A DNA stretch of 64,000 nt from Orbicella franksi (lineage: Eukaryota). The stretch covers positions 26,288,001 to 26,352,000 of the forward strand of contig OZ116708.1 of assembly GCA_964199315.1 (NCBI GenBank). The letters run 5' to 3'. Each line of letters starts with the position of its first letter. Position 1 is the stretch's first letter. The notes under the pieces were generated by a model. It was not told the origin of the DNA. It saw only the letters and a program-made list of their open reading frames with translations, and ran no database searches. Positions 1 to 12,859 of the stretch are shown in pieces. Made by a program: the position numbers and the translations under genes.

Positions 1-270
1 CTTACGGACACCTTCCCTAAACAGACACCTCTCGTATGGCCAAACAGTTCGTCATGGACTGGACCCACCCACATTCAATCGAACTTCCGCAAATGGACAC
101 CTTTCCCTAGACGGACACCTCTCTTGAGAGGACACTCAGTCATTGTCCCAGCATCATACAAACACTATTATTAATTCCCATAAATGGCTCAGGTAGACAA
201 TAGTCTGATCCCATAGGTGTCCGATTACAGAAGTTTGCGAAATCCAATTTTCTCAGTAAATGTAATACAG

Positions 271-325
271 TACATACATACATACATACATACATACATA
301 CATACATACATACATACATACATAC
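271..325. repeat. (TACA)n microsatellite, probably the 3' tail of a minus-strand non-LTR retroelement
   Basis: Perfect TACA run followed by CTTTATTTG, which reads AATAAAG-(TATG)n on the minus strand. Confidence 0.85.
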
Positions 326-830
326 TTTATTTGCAACTCCCCAAGAGGGCTTTTCAGTTACAAAAGGAATAAAAAAGATAAAAATACGTCAATTAAAATG
401 AATAAACAAAATGGGAAAGGAGTCTAAAATTAATTACAGTATTAAAGATTTAAAAATTTACAAAGTTTAAAATTGAATATTAAGAATTTAGTAGGTAGGA
501 GACTACGTTTGTCGCAATTACTTAATTTCTCTTTAGATTTAGAGATAGAGAAGTGTCAAAATTGTCAATTGAGGCAACTATTTTTAAAATGTCATGCCAC
601 AATCTACTAATAATTTCTTTTCGTTTTCTTTACCATTTACAAAATAATCTTCAAATCGAGGAAAACACGAAAATAACAGTTTACTAAGGTAGAAATTAAA
701 GAGGGAATAACAAATCAACAAGGCATAAGAATGGTAGAGTCTGGGGACAACGGAGAAGGGTTAAGAACGACGAAGTACCAAGCTTGGGCTAATTTCCGTG
801 AACTTGCTCCCTTAAATCTCGAACTCTTAC

Positions 831-1157
831 CGTTTCCCTGCTGCTTGAAACTGACTTTGTGAGAATGCTTTTTCCCTGAGCCTAAAACCATCTCGCACAG
901 TATTCCTCCCATTAAATTCACTTTGAAAACATCCTGTTTTGTCAGAAACATAATCACAAGTGTCCCATCTAACGTGACTGCCACGCGTTCGTTTTCGAGA
1001 AGAGGACGAAATGAGCTGGGATCCCCGGCAGAATTGTACCCGCCCCACCGATACGTGACACCGAAGCTCGGTTCGTGCTTCGGACACGGTATTTCAACGG
1101 GCCTTCCTAGAGTGACTGGAGCGATTTTGTCATTTGCGTATATAAAGTCTCCTGCAA
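831..1157 (-). CDS. Internal exon, second Ig-like domain of an L1CAM/contactin-like adhesion protein; gene continues off the left edge
   Basis: Acceptor tctttcag|, donor G|gtaaga, 327 nt, phase 1-1, open frame. Translation AGDFIYANDKIAPVTLGRPVEIPCPKHEPSFGVTYRW...ERVAVTLDGTLVIMFLTKQD...GILCEM shows the Ig C...W...DG.L...C pattern. Confidence 0.75.
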
Positions 1158-1689
1158 CTGAAAGATAAATGATTACAAGTTAGTATAAAAATCAAAGAAA
1201 TCAATATTCACTCTGAAGTGGTGCCACTAACCAAAAGAAGCATCAATAACCGGTAAGGTTATCTAATTTCGCATGATAGCCCCTGTGATTTAACTCTGAT
1301 CTACAGTCACATCCACCGACTTTATTTGACACTTTTTGGGAAAGACAGTTTAATCTTATCTGTTTTAACTCGAGGCATAGTTTTTCATGGATGATCAAGT
1401 TCTTTATAGTTGAGAAAAACTGCCTCTTCTTGAGACTGAAGATAAAGGATTTAAACGGATCATAAAGACCTTCAAAGTCCAATTGTACCAGAAAAATGTG
1501 CCATAGAAAGGTTTTTAAAACATTTGGGAATAAAGTGAATGGGAGAAGTGGATGTAAACGTCCATTGAAGTTAAAAGCTAAGATTTGTGGCCGTCCGAAG
1601 CCTGCTTCCCTCAGTTGAAAAGGTTGAGCCAATTCGCCAACAAACTGCCAGCGCCTTTTTCTGGTGTCTGAAGCATGAAGTGGCTAGAA

Positions 1690-1850
1690 GGATTGCTACT
1701 CCACCTCCCCTACCTCCTCCCCTGGATAAGATGCTTGGTTACTCCCCGACCGATATTCTGTCAGGTTACCCAACTATTCTCGGCTATCCGTTTTTCTCAT
1801 GGATAGACAAAGGTAATGGGAGAAGTAAAAGTGTTTTGTTGTCAAAGGAA
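1690..1850 (-). mobile_element. Degenerate SINE fragment related to the SINE at 23439-23725
   Basis: ATTGCTACTCC...CCCCTGGATAAGATGC resembles the reverse complement of the intact SINE body; heavily diverged. Confidence 0.4.
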
Positions 1851-1895
1851 AACATAGAGGACCCAATTAATTTTGTTGTAGTTCCACGGTGTCCG

Positions 1896-2075
1896 ATAGG
1901 CCATTTCGGAGTTGCCTTTTGCCTCTATGTCAAAACGAGTTAAAAACCATTCATATGGAAATATCTTCCGCCTACATGTTCAATTTCATGAAAATCAAAC
2001 TCATTTTCATATGAAAGATTTTGTACGAGGACTCGTTTTCAAACAGAGGCACAAGGTAACTCGGATATGGCCTAT
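1896..2075. mobile_element. MITE, about 180 bp
   Basis: Terminal inverted repeats ATAGGCCATTTCGGAGTT / AACTCGGATATGGCCTAT (16 of 18 match). Confidence 0.75.
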
Positions 2076-2253
2076 CAATTTGTCCAAAGAGCAATACAGG
2101 AGCTTGACCAGGCTCCAAATAAGACCACTGGAATCCGGCATGACTCCCAAGCGGAACGATACAAACTCAGTTATGTTTAAAAGAAAAGTTTCCTGAAGTT
2201 AAGATTATTATTACGACGATGACAGACTTAAGGGCTACGAAGACAAAACTTAC

Positions 2254-2538
2254 CCGAAACAACAACCTTTAGCTTTCTACTGAAATCCTCTCCAAAATCG
2301 TTTTTCACGAAACATTGGTAGTCCCCATTATTCTTGGAACTGAGCAATGTCCCTTCTAAGGTTCCGGACTTCAGCAATCGATACTGCTCCCCGTATTTAA
2401 TGTCCTGGCCATTATGTTGCCATTTGTACTCCAAGGGACTGGTACCGGATGCTTTGCAAGGAAGGTTGAACCCTGACAAGACATCTCCAGGCTGGTCTAA
2501 ATTATCATACTGGAAATCCGTAATGAGAGGCGGATCAC
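2254..2538 (-). CDS. Exon encoding an I-set Ig domain (Ig1) of the L1CAM/contactin/sidekick-like gene
   Basis: Acceptor tttttag|, donor G|gtaagt, 285 nt, phase 1-1. DPPLITDF...LPCKASGTSPLEYKWQHNG...GTL...GDYQCFVKNDFGEDFSRKLKVVVS has the canonical Ig C/W/YxC motifs. Confidence 0.85.
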
Positions 2539-2605
2539 CTAAAAACAATTTTGAAACGTTATTCAGTTTTTTTAAGTTTCGATAGGCCGTTACCGAAAGT
2601 AAATG

Positions 2606-3248
2606 GTACCACATGAAAGTACTGTTCAGTAGCTTTAATTTATATGGTGTCAAGCTGGATTTTGACCCACGCGCAGAATTAAAAGTTAGAACCACCTTGT
2701 ACCGCGTAATATATAAACAGTGCCACATGAAAGTACTACTCAATAGCTTTCATTTGAATGGTCAGACACTCGGGTTTCATCCCCAGACTTCAAAGTTAAG
2801 AAGTAAACAGTACCACATGAAAGTACTGCTCAATAGCTTTTATTTGAATGGTCACACACTAGGGTTACGTTTCACCCGCAGACTTTTAAAAAGGTTGGAA
2901 CCACCTTGTACAGCCCAATAGACAATACCACATGAAAGTGCTGCTCAATAGCTTTTATTTGAATGGTCACACACTAGAGTTTCGTCTACAGACTTGAAAG
3001 TTAGAACCACCTTGTACAGCATAACAAACAGTACCACGTGAAAGTAGTGCTCAGTAGCTTTTATTTGAATGGTCACACAATAGAGTTTCATGCACAGACT
3101 TGAAAGTTAGAACCACCTTGTACAGCATAACAAACAGTACCACGTGAAAGTAGTGCTCAGTAGCTTTCATTTGAATGGTCACACGCTAGAGTTTCATGCA
3201 CAGACTTGAAAGTTAGAACCACTTTGTACAGCATAACAAACAGTACTG
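2606..3248. repeat. Tandem repeat, about 106-bp unit, about 6 copies
   Basis: GTACCACATGAAAGT...AATAGCTTTCATTTGAATGGTCACAC...GTTAGAACCACCTTGTACAGC recurs at about 2606, 2720, 2810, 2925, 3031 and 3137. Confidence 0.9.
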
Positions 3249-4323
3249 ATTAGAGGTTTTCATTTGATCGAATGGTCAAGTTTAGGAGTGAAAAACTTCG
3301 CCCCACTTACCTGATAAGATGTTGTGGACCTCCTGAACAAAACAAATCCAAGTGAACCATCGCCGTAACATCGTTCAAATAAATGTAGCAATTCCTGCAG
3401 TAATATCGAATTACAAAAGTTATCAATGGAGAACATTGCTCTTATTCTCAATAGCTGACCATTTCGAGTCGCAAATCATGAGCTATCGAGATACAAACGC
3501 GAGCTTTGCTACTGCAAAATTATGATAATTTAGGTTAAATTTAGTACTTGAAAATAGCTTAGGCTCGATTACCAGCCACTGTAGATCGGACTCGAGAGAA
3601 CGGCAGAAAATGAGCCTAAAGTAGCTTTGATAAGTAAAATTCGTTCATACTGCGCGATCCATCGTGCGTGATCCACGCGCGCAATCGACGTAATTTGCAG
3701 TTCGGTGTACGGGCTCAACGATGCGAAGACGTATTCAATATTGGGTTACTTACATAAAAACATCATGAAACATCATGAAACATTAGTTCAAAATCATTAC
3801 GGGGAACTAAAGCATAATTTTGCAAAATTGGATTTGACGTGCAAAAAAATTTAGTGACTACAGTGTAGTATCTCTGTTTTCGGCGTTGAATGGTTCGAGA
3901 GCGACCGATTCTGGGCCAACCGTGAAACAATCGTTTTTTTAAATCCCCGAGGATTTCATCTGTTTGTGCTGATCTAAACTTGAAACTGCACAGCAAAAAT
4001 TCGCTACACAGAAAACGAAGGCAGCAAAACTCCGCAATATACAACTATTGGATTTCAAAACGCTCCAAACCAAGATTATTTAGAAGTTACTGTAATAATA
4101 GTAATAGTGGCAGTCACGGCTTCACTGATCTTCCATCTATCTGTCCTAAAATCAATTCGGCATTATCTGACTTAAGATATAAATTATGATTCTGTTGATA
4201 TATATATTTTAAAATGAAAATGCATATATATATATAGTCAAATGACACGCTTACCACATTTAAATCCTTAACACTTGGACATAAGACATGGCATGTTTTG
4301 ATAGCATGAGTCAAGAATCTTAC

Positions 4324-4502
4324 CCAGCTGTTTTGTTCCGTGGCTACCGGATTCACGTCGAATGTTATCAACTTTCTGGCAGACACATCGAACAATAACA
4401 AGTAAAGAACCTTCTAGGATTAAGAACCCTTGTTAGCCACCACGTCGGGCGAAAACTGCTCACTGCTTACATGTACTTACCACGCTTCGCTTCTGTCGTC
4501 AT
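4324..4502 (-). CDS. Candidate 5' coding exons of the Ig gene: 4481-4502 and 4324-4413
   Basis: ATG...CGTG|gtaagt, then a 67-nt intron with a CTAAC branch point and ctag acceptor, then a 90-nt phase 1-1 exon ending |gtaaga. Gives MTTEAKREGSLLVIVRCVCQ..., in phase with Ig1. The signal peptide is weak. Confidence 0.35.
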
Positions 4503-5597
4503 TTTCGTTACATTTTAAAGAATCTCGACACTGTTATAAATGATTAATTGCTTTTTTCTTTTTTTAAACATTGACGAGAATGACGGATTGGAGAAAAGTG
4601 TGAAATTGTTTGAATGTCAGGAAACTGACTGAATGATAAAAGGCTATTTGACTACGAAGCTTAAAACAATTTACATAGTGTTTGTTGATTTTAAAACAAC
4701 ACCAACTCACGGGAAAATTACTGGCCCGAATGCGAATAAAATTTAATCGTCATGAGTTCCTGTTCTTTGCGTCTAAAAGTTAAGAAATGATACCTCAGTT
4801 TTAAAAACGAGTTGGCGTTTTTTGGTGGCAAAGGATGCTCGCAGTTTTTGTCAGAAAACGCGTTGATGTATTCGGAATTCACAAAACAAAATTAAGGCAG
4901 AGCGGCACCATGGAGTCGGAGTAAACATGCGTGCCGTTTTAACCCCTGTGCTTAGCGCTATTTGGCTTAGAATAGAGAAGAATAAAAAACTTACCTTATA
5001 GGTTGAAATTCTTCAGAAGTGAGATCTCGCTGAGCAAAGGAATATAAAGCAAATGTTCTTTTGAGCTGTAGTAACGTTTTCAGGCTTAGGTCAACTGTAA
5101 TATGTCAAACATGACCGCTTATTATGCAACGGGACAATAGAAATGATTCGATTGTTCAGAGCATAAGCTCCGAGATGAGGGAACACAAAAGAATTAACAT
5201 AATAAAGAAAGCGTAATGCCTAAATTTAACCACGTGCTTTGGCACTGAATCCTAGCTACGCATTATCAAACTTTTAAGAGGTACTCGGTTCACTTCTTTA
5301 AATGCAAAGACATTTATTTAAGGGCAGTGCTCGCTAAAGGAAAATTGAACTATTTATTAAACAGTTTCACTGCTGGTTTTAAGTTTTGATTGAACTTAAA
5401 GAAGTGAAAAAAGTGAAAAACCTCATTAAGGCTTTTCCTGAGATAAGAACATAATTATGCATAGAAGACTCTCTCCAAAGGCTGCTTTCCTATCTCTACG
5501 ATCGCGCTGCCCAATCGTTGTACTTCCTAAAGAAAACGTTAAGCGATTCTTACGAGACCAGTGTTCATTACCCACCCCCCCCCCCCCGCCCCTCCGG

Positions 5598-5875
5598 TGG
5601 GACTCCCATTTAAAAAGGACGGCGTGCTCGACGGAAATTTTGAAAAGAACCCCAATGGGCTCTTATAAGGTACCAAATCCTGTTTATTAGAACGTGACTT
5701 GAAATGTTCTAAAACAACACATTATCTGCCGTCATATTTTTTTCGGCTTAATACCTTAAAGGTACCCCTCGAGCTCCAACTGTGGACCTTTTGAGGCTAA
5801 ACACCCTGAGAGGTACCAAAACAGCTTTTTCAACTCCTAAAAGGTACGACGAACAAGGCGTACACTATGGCTGGC
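5598..5875. mobile_element. Partial MITE, same family as 8827-9120, opposite orientation
   Basis: GGGACTCCCATTTAAAAAGGACGGCGTGCTCG...AAAGGTACGACGAAC matches the other copy. Confidence 0.6.
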
Positions 5876-5990
5876 CTCGATCGAATTTCCCCTACTCTCT
5901 ATAAGGCGGACAACTCTGTAAACCGGATGGCAGACACATTTTTAGCAAGCACTTGCTGAAAAATACTCTCTCAGCGTGAACACCAGTAGT

Positions 5991-8349
5991 CAGTCCGGGA
6001 TCGTTATCAGATTTGATAACCTCGACCAAAACAAACCATTAACCAATCGCTGCGCAAGTTTTCGTTCACGTGACATTATTTGGTAGCAACAGTGTATAAT
6101 TCAATATGGCGGTCGATGGGGCGCTGCGATGAAAGGAGTTACTTTTTTCACAACATCACAATGCAATTTCATTTAATTGTAATTGTATGTTTGCTTCGCA
6201 ATAGGTTACTGGATTATGGAATAGAAACAGAGATGTATGGAAGAAAACTGTCTTTGTCCAAAAGCTACAGCGAAAAGTTTCATTTTCAGATAGACACCGT
6301 ATAATATTTGTTCCGAGAAAAAACACACGAAGGTAGACAACAGTTATTCTGTTCACAAAAGCGTTGTTTATTGATACTAATATGATAGCTTCTATTTTCA
6401 CTCAGACTTCATTTTCTTGGTAGTTGGCGAAGCTGGCTGTTCAACAGTCTGTATAAAATATAAACGAAACACTAACAGTAAATACATCTTGAGTTCACAA
6501 ATTGACACTGAACAAGTTGCTTCTATATTCCAAGCAGAGAGCTGTAACTGAATTTCGTTCAATTTGCATGAGCGAAGCGTGGTTAGGACCGAAACATCTC
6601 CTACTATGATTCATTACTATGAAATGGAAATAACAGTATCGAAACAGTTCGCGACCCTCCCTCTGTCGACTCTCTGTCCAGATATACTGAAGATAGAATA
6701 GCTTACCTCGATGGTCATATCCCATCCCACGCCTAATTCCATTTCTGCGATTGCTAATTCAATCCCCTCTGCCGTATTGTACATTTCGTTTCCATCTTTG
6801 ATGCACTGGAGTTCTCTTTGTCGTTGTGGGCTTGCCTGATATGGTTCTGGCACAACAACAAAAATATAGCAGGTATATTTACTTTAATTCGTGATACACC
6901 TCCGTTCAGTGGAATGGGTACATGCAACACTTTATGTCGTGAGATGTGACAGTAAACTTGGAAGTCTTGGCATTTCCGGAAAAAAATTGTTTTATTTGTA
7001 GATTAGTAGTCTATTGTTGTGCATTCGGTGATATGGAAAAACGCTTTTAATGACCGATTCATATAAAAGAAACTATAATTCAAGTAATATGTTTTCGTAC
7101 CATAGTTCACTCGCTAAATCCAACAATAAGCTTCATTATATAACGACTGGTGTGCCAGAAAACTGACCTAGCTTGGCCGGCATTTCCGGAAAATATTTCA
7201 GGACCGCGACTTGTTGAAATTGACTCTAAAATATAGGCAACTTACCCTTTAACGTGATTGTCGATTTTCCCGCAGTCCGAAAGGTGTTTTAGTTCCCTGT
7301 TTATGAAGTATTGCACCCGGCCTATCTGTCTTCCAGCAACTTCTCTCAAAGTGTAATTTTTCTTAGCGCTCTTGGATACCAGACTGTGGCACGTCTAGAA
7401 GTGTCTCGGGTATTTCTCTAATTTCCGGCAAAACACAACGAAGTGCGAACGAGTCTTTGTTTCCAATTTTCAAGAAGGACATGAAAAGGAGTTCCTTCTG
7501 GCCCCTTGGTTTTGACCTCATGGTAACCCTTCAAAAGAAAATAAACAACTAATGTTAGATTCGCAAGTGGTTTCCCGACCACCTGGACTGCCGTACCATG
7601 AATCGAGCGACTCACTAAGAGCTATAATTTTTTCTGAAGGGGCTTGGATGATTTATGTAAGTTACTTTTACGTACCCCTTGATTTTGCCACCAGTAATTC
7701 TTAAAGTTGAATGCTGCGTGTTTGTCAGGCCTAAAAGGAACGAAAATTTTATGCTGCAAAACTCGACAACAGTAAACCTACCCTATGTAATGACCAAGCT
7801 ATATCCACAAAATCGACATAAATTTGCTATTTTGATTCTATGGGTACCAGCATCCGCCGTCTCAATACCTAGGAACATATCGATTACAGCTGTAAATATG
7901 GCCGCCGTTACAAACAACACATCGCAAATCAAAATACCCCCGTGCACTTTTTTCACAGACCGTGCACAACACTAAAAACACGTTAAATCCCAAGAATATG
8001 GCGTGAAGATTAACGACATATTTTTTGTGATTTTCGCAAAAATCTCCAGGTAACTTAAATCTAATGACAAAATGAAAAACATACCTGGTTTGGATGCAAA
8101 ATTGCAAGCGCTGTTTCACTTTACGAGTAACATTTTACATCGTTTACGCCGGTCTTCAACCGCCATCTTCAAAACACGTGAGGCTCCTTCTTTTCTGGTA
8201 ATTATCGAATAGAATTATGGGTAAATTACCCGAGTATAATCGAACAAATAACGAGCAAAGCGAAGTGAATACGAAAATTCCCTGTTTTTGAAATGGCCGC
8301 CATGTTGTGACGTCACATGGTTATCAAATCTGATAACGATCCCGGACTG
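5991..8349. mobile_element. Non-autonomous DNA transposon, 2359 bp, perfect 31-bp TIRs, 5-bp TSD
   Basis: TIR CAGTCCGGGATCGTTATCAGATTTGATAACC at 5991-6021; exact reverse complement at 8319-8349. GTAGT flanks both ends (5986-5990 and 8350-8354). Confidence 0.9.
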
Positions 8350-8826
8350 GTAGTTCATTCTTTCAGTGCACCATCGATAGACTATAGGTCAGATAATTAA
8401 GCCCCCGGATATTTCTTGTAATATAACTGACAAAATCACTCCGTAATTATTAGCTAAGAGCAGCTAAGTTGATCTTTAATTTACACTGTAGTACAGTTAA
8501 CGAGCTCGCGTGCGTTCCTAATATTCTTAGCCGTATAACAAGTAAGCAATAACTCGTGTTAAGAAAATTATTTCAAACTGCACTCGCCTGGAGGCTCGTT
8601 CAATATTGAGAGAATTCAGAAATATCTCTAGCGAAGTTTCAATCCTTGGTTGTTCTAGCATTCATGCAATTATCTATACCAAGCGAAAACCAGGGGATCA
8701 TTTTCTCTTGCCTTTACAAAGTAACAAACACCGCAATACTGTAATCTCAAACTGACCTGAGAACAGGCGGGTACTATTGTTTATTGTACGACTTGGTCTC
8801 GCAAATTTGAATATACAGTTTCACAG

Positions 8827-9120
8827 CCCGGGAAGTGGGAGGGGGGGGGGGGGCTCCCAAACTGAAAAGGACGGGGGTGCTCGTACTTTTTAGGGGTTAA
8901 AAAAGCGACGTTGGTACATCTTAGGGTGGTCAGCCTCAAACGAAAAATTTTACAGGACATAATTTGTTGTTTTAGAATTGATACCTCTTAGGGGTGAAAA
9001 ATGTTTCAAGCCACGCCTACAGAGCAGGATCTTGGTGCCTCTTAGGAGTCCTTTTCAAAGTTTCCGACGAGCACGCCAGTCCTTTTTATATGGAAGTCTC
9101 CCCCCGCCCCCCTCCCCGGG
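8827..9120. mobile_element. MITE with CCCGGG/G-rich TIRs
   Basis: CCCGGG...AAAAGGACGGGGGTGCTCGT at the left end; ACGAGCACGCCAGTCCTTTT...CCCGGG at the right end. Confidence 0.7.
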
Positions 9121-9919
9121 TTTTACAGATCAGCTTTTAACTGCAAATACGCAATTAGTAACTTCCCTTAATCAAGGTCTGCGTAAATCACGCGCTAGGT
9201 AATTACATACAGTTTGTATTGTAAATGGTCTAAGTATTTGAAGTTACTAGTAAAAGTTTCGAAAAGTACATCTGGAAGGTGTTCATAGCATTTTTTGTAG
9301 TTATATTTTTTTGAGGCTTAAGAAAAATTGAAATATTGCTTAACACTCAATCATTTTTAAAGTCTACCGGTAAAATCGTGAGGATCATTTTCTGAGGACT
9401 ATGATATTTCTGCGTTTAATCTTGCTCGAGAGAAGAATAAAGCATTGGTGAAACTTAAAAATACATCTGAAATCGATAAAAAAAAAAATTAAAATCTAGT
9501 TTTAGTTCAGACGCCACGGTCTCCATGTGCGCCTAAAAATTGACTGTAACTTAATTCAAAGAAGCGAAGTCTTTTAGAATTTAGGTCGTCAATTAATCAA
9601 CTCGTAGCTTGTTGAACTCAGAATGGGCAGCAAGAGACACTGAAACAACTATTCTTTATCGATCTCTAGATAGTGCGTCCAGTAGGAAGAATGTTTAAAT
9701 TATGACAATACTAGAATGCGAGAGTGATTACGGAACTTGCTTTTAAATGAATTGGACGGCCGCCTCTCTGAGCACTTCAAATCAAACAACTTTAAAAAGG
9801 TGCATTTGCTGATATCTTAAAAATTGCACTCCAACATAAGGAATTAAACATTTTCTTACAAAAGCCTGCAGGATTTTTCAGGCAGTCATTTTGAAAAAAA
9901 CAGTCGACTCAGTATGACG

Positions 9920-10421
9920 TTACAAACGGGCGATTTCAATCTTCAGCATCATTGTGTCATTCTTCGTGTAACGTACACCACAGACCTGCCCAACTGGAGC
10001 AAATTCTTCAAAGCCATACTCTTGGCTAACACGGTTGGCTGCAGGTTTTTGGAATGCCGCTAGACTTGGTTTGGCCAGGAACGTTCCACTGATATCGTTG
10101 CGAAATTCAGCACCACTCTGATCCAAAATGGACAGAGTGATGCGACCAGCAAATGGCCAAGTTAAGATATCATCATTATCACTCTGCATCATCTGAACAA
10201 ACAGGCCCACGTGTTTTCTAGTTCCAGAGCGCACACCATTTACATAGAACTTCATGCGCAGCTTATAACCATAGAAATGGGTATAGATAGGAGGGCTGAA
10301 CAAGGCTGTTATCAGTCCATCAATAGCATTCTGGCGATGCTGGAAGAAATGGTGGACTTTCCAAATGTAGATGCCATTGCAGGGACGACCCTCAGTCAAC
10401 AGGACATCTACTGGACAGGAT
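9920..10421 (-). CDS. TRAF6: TRAF6-like cassette 1, terminal exon: MATH/TRAF-C domain
   Basis: Phase-2 acceptor tttatcag|. CNGIYIWK...SPPIYT...GYKL...WPFAGRITLSILDQS...AFQKP...YGF...KNDT matches the TRAF6-type MATH domain. Paralogue-level call, not orthology. Confidence 0.9.
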
Positions 10422-11269
10422 CTGATAAAGATAAAGCTTATGAATCGCTGTTCTTCTGTTATTGACATCCCCAGCTACTTCTACACTATATATATGGTTG
10501 GTTGAGGCAACCATTGAACACATAAAGAGGGAAAATAGCCTCGTTCAGTCCTATCTATTGGATGGCATAGATGGAAGTACAAATGCTACAACCAGTTTCA
10601 AAAATGTTGATACACTTTGTGCAAAAAATGGCTTTACGGATTTAAACGGATCGCAAACAACAAATTCGTCACAGAATACTAGCCCCCCTCTCCCCGACTC
10701 AATGTTGTTCATCTAAGTTTTGTACATGATATCATTGGACCATTGGAAACTGGGGAGAGGGGGAAGATTACGCGCCATAGCGCGGTAAAGAGTTGTCTCT
10801 CGTTAAGGTAGCCGTGGCTCATCTACTTTTGCCACTCGTTGTAGCTGTAAGCAAACTTGTTCATTTCTTTTATCGAGTCGATGAAAACTTAAGCCGTTAC
10901 CGTTCTCGGCGTTGTCTATAAAAATGTTGAAATCAAGTCTTAATTCATCAGTTCAAATCTTTGGTTCAAATGTTGGTCGTTTATCACTTTTCAGTAAGGA
11001 TGGGGACTGTCAATGGGGTTTAACGGAAAACTGAGAATTCGTCAAAATTGTAACTGTACCAACATATACTTTTTCATAAGGCAGGTCTAAATATGGCAAC
11101 CTTACGGCTGGTGGAGACAAGCCATAAAATGTAACTAACCTTATATTTATAGAAAGAAAGAAAATCTTAAAAGTATGAAAAATCTGGGTTTCTAGAACGA
11201 AGCCTGTTTTTCAAATTGGATATATGATCGAGAGACCTGAAGGCACTTTTAAGTCTTCCTTTAAAAAAG

Positions 11270-11480
11270 CTGTCAGTTGAGACATCAAGGGTTTTCTAAC
11301 TGATAGCTGTTCTGTGAGATCTGACAAACCTCACTAATAGCCTGGAAATGGACCGGAATGTTTAACTGAGAGCCGAGAAATCATCGAATACGATTGATAA
11401 CTGAGATCGCAGCACCACAATCCAGACCAGCTCGAGAGAGTACAAATAAAGATTGTTGTTGTTGTTGTTGTTGTTGTTGT
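11270..11480 (+). mobile_element. 3' end of a non-LTR retroelement with AATAAAG-(GTT)n tail, inside an intron
   Basis: TACAAATAAAGATT is followed by (GTT)n at about 11454-11480. Confidence 0.55.
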
Positions 11481-11791
11481 AAGAGTGGAATCGAAGATTG
11501 AAAACGTATTTGTGCTATCATGCAATTTTATTTTACAATATTTAATGTACTTCGAGGGGTTTTCATTAGAACGAACAGCTTAGTTTCATGACAAGCAATT
11601 TAGTCATTGAAACTTTAGGCGAAAAAGTTGTTACCTAGTTTGTAATGGACTACAAAAACAAGATCAAACAACCAACAGCTAACTCTCTTAGCCCTGGCAA
11701 AACCAACACCTACTGGCGGTCCAGCCGTTTTGTATTGATCATCACAAGAATGATGACCTGTATGTGACACGCAGATGCATTCGACACTTGC

Positions 11792-12216
11792 CTGTTATGG
11801 GGCTGATAACACAGAGAAAACCTCTGTTCCTGCTCAAGGACCGTGCATGTATGTTCAACTGCTCGATCTTGGTCATGGTTCGTTTCTTCCACGGGGCGGC
11901 CTTTGTGGCAACCTTGAAATCCACTGATCTGCGCAGCTTGACCCGATGCACTAGCTGGCTTAAACTGTGACCTAAAAGGCACCAGCTCTGCAAACCTTCC
12001 TTCAGTAGCCTGTTCGCTATGACGATCCGATTGCTGGTACGCAAAGTAGTGGTCTTGTGTGGGAGATCTCTGTTCCAGCGCAGTCAGCTCCACTAACCTA
12101 GCAGGGTACTCTGGAGTAAAACAGGCCTGCCTGCCTAAATGCTCTTGAGGAATTTGATCTTCATGCAGCTCTCTCTCCCCAGAGGGATAACTCAATCCAT
12201 TAGCACCAGCTTCCTG
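11792..12216 (-). CDS. TRAF6-like cassette 1, large Q/E-rich linker exon
   Basis: 425 nt, phase 0 to 2; tag|CAG tandem acceptor; donor AG|GCAAGT. Contains PTQD, PVEET and AVEHTC. Joins the MATH exon in frame. Confidence 0.8.
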
Positions 12217-12807
12217 CTAGTAAAGAAGTGGCTTTCAGATGTAATGGCATCCTAAAGTTGTACTTCTCGTAAGCAATCATCTTTGTGCAGGTCACTGCGT
12301 TTAACATGCAGATTTCATAAAAAATATGGACTTTGGTGCTTGTACATATGTTTGTGTCGCTAGTGAACTGTAATCCGGGAGTACTTTGGTTTTGCTACAC
12401 TCCGCAAAACCGAAACCAATGGAGACTTTGGCGCGTTTTCCCGCGCTTGGCGCCGACAACATATATTGCCTAATGTGTTGGTTCACTGCAGTTGTTCACG
12501 TCTAGTGTGATTGCTGACTGTTATAATTTCTTTGCTTTCGGTTTTACGACACTAACCGTTATATAGCTAAAAGGTGAATACACATGCATGTATATATGTT
12601 GTCCACATAAGGTAAGGGTGAGGGTGTCGGTAGGCTAATAGTACATGTTGAACGCAAAGGAAATTTTTTTCTTGTTCTGCGACAGTAGGTAAAGTTTTAA
12701 TTGCTTCGAAAGTGCAAACACGCTTGAGTCTTTTAAAGAAGATGAAAGATCTTTCCAAATATCGATTGCCATGCAAGAAACTGATATTGTCTACAGTACC
12801 CACATAC

Positions 12808-12859
12808 CTCTGGCTCTGTAATCAAATCATTATCAACTGGACATCTGGGGCAATTTTCC
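12808..12859 (-). CDS. TRAF6: TRAF6-like cassette 1, RING-tail exon (ENCPRCPVDNDLITEPE)
   Basis: gttttgaag|...GAG|gtatg, 52 nt, phase 2 to 0. CPVDN is the last Zn-ligand pair of the TRAF6 C3HC3D RING. Confidence 0.85.

Noticed and set aside
2606-3248. Regularly spaced repeats resembling a CRISPR array
   Set aside because: Whole units of about 106 bp are similar with no unique spacers, there are no cas genes, and the context is eukaryotic.
7246-7528. RAG1/Transib transposase remnant inside the TIR element
   Set aside because: Only vague Cys/His spacing across stop codons; no catalytic-core motif recognised, and the termini are CAG rather than CAC.
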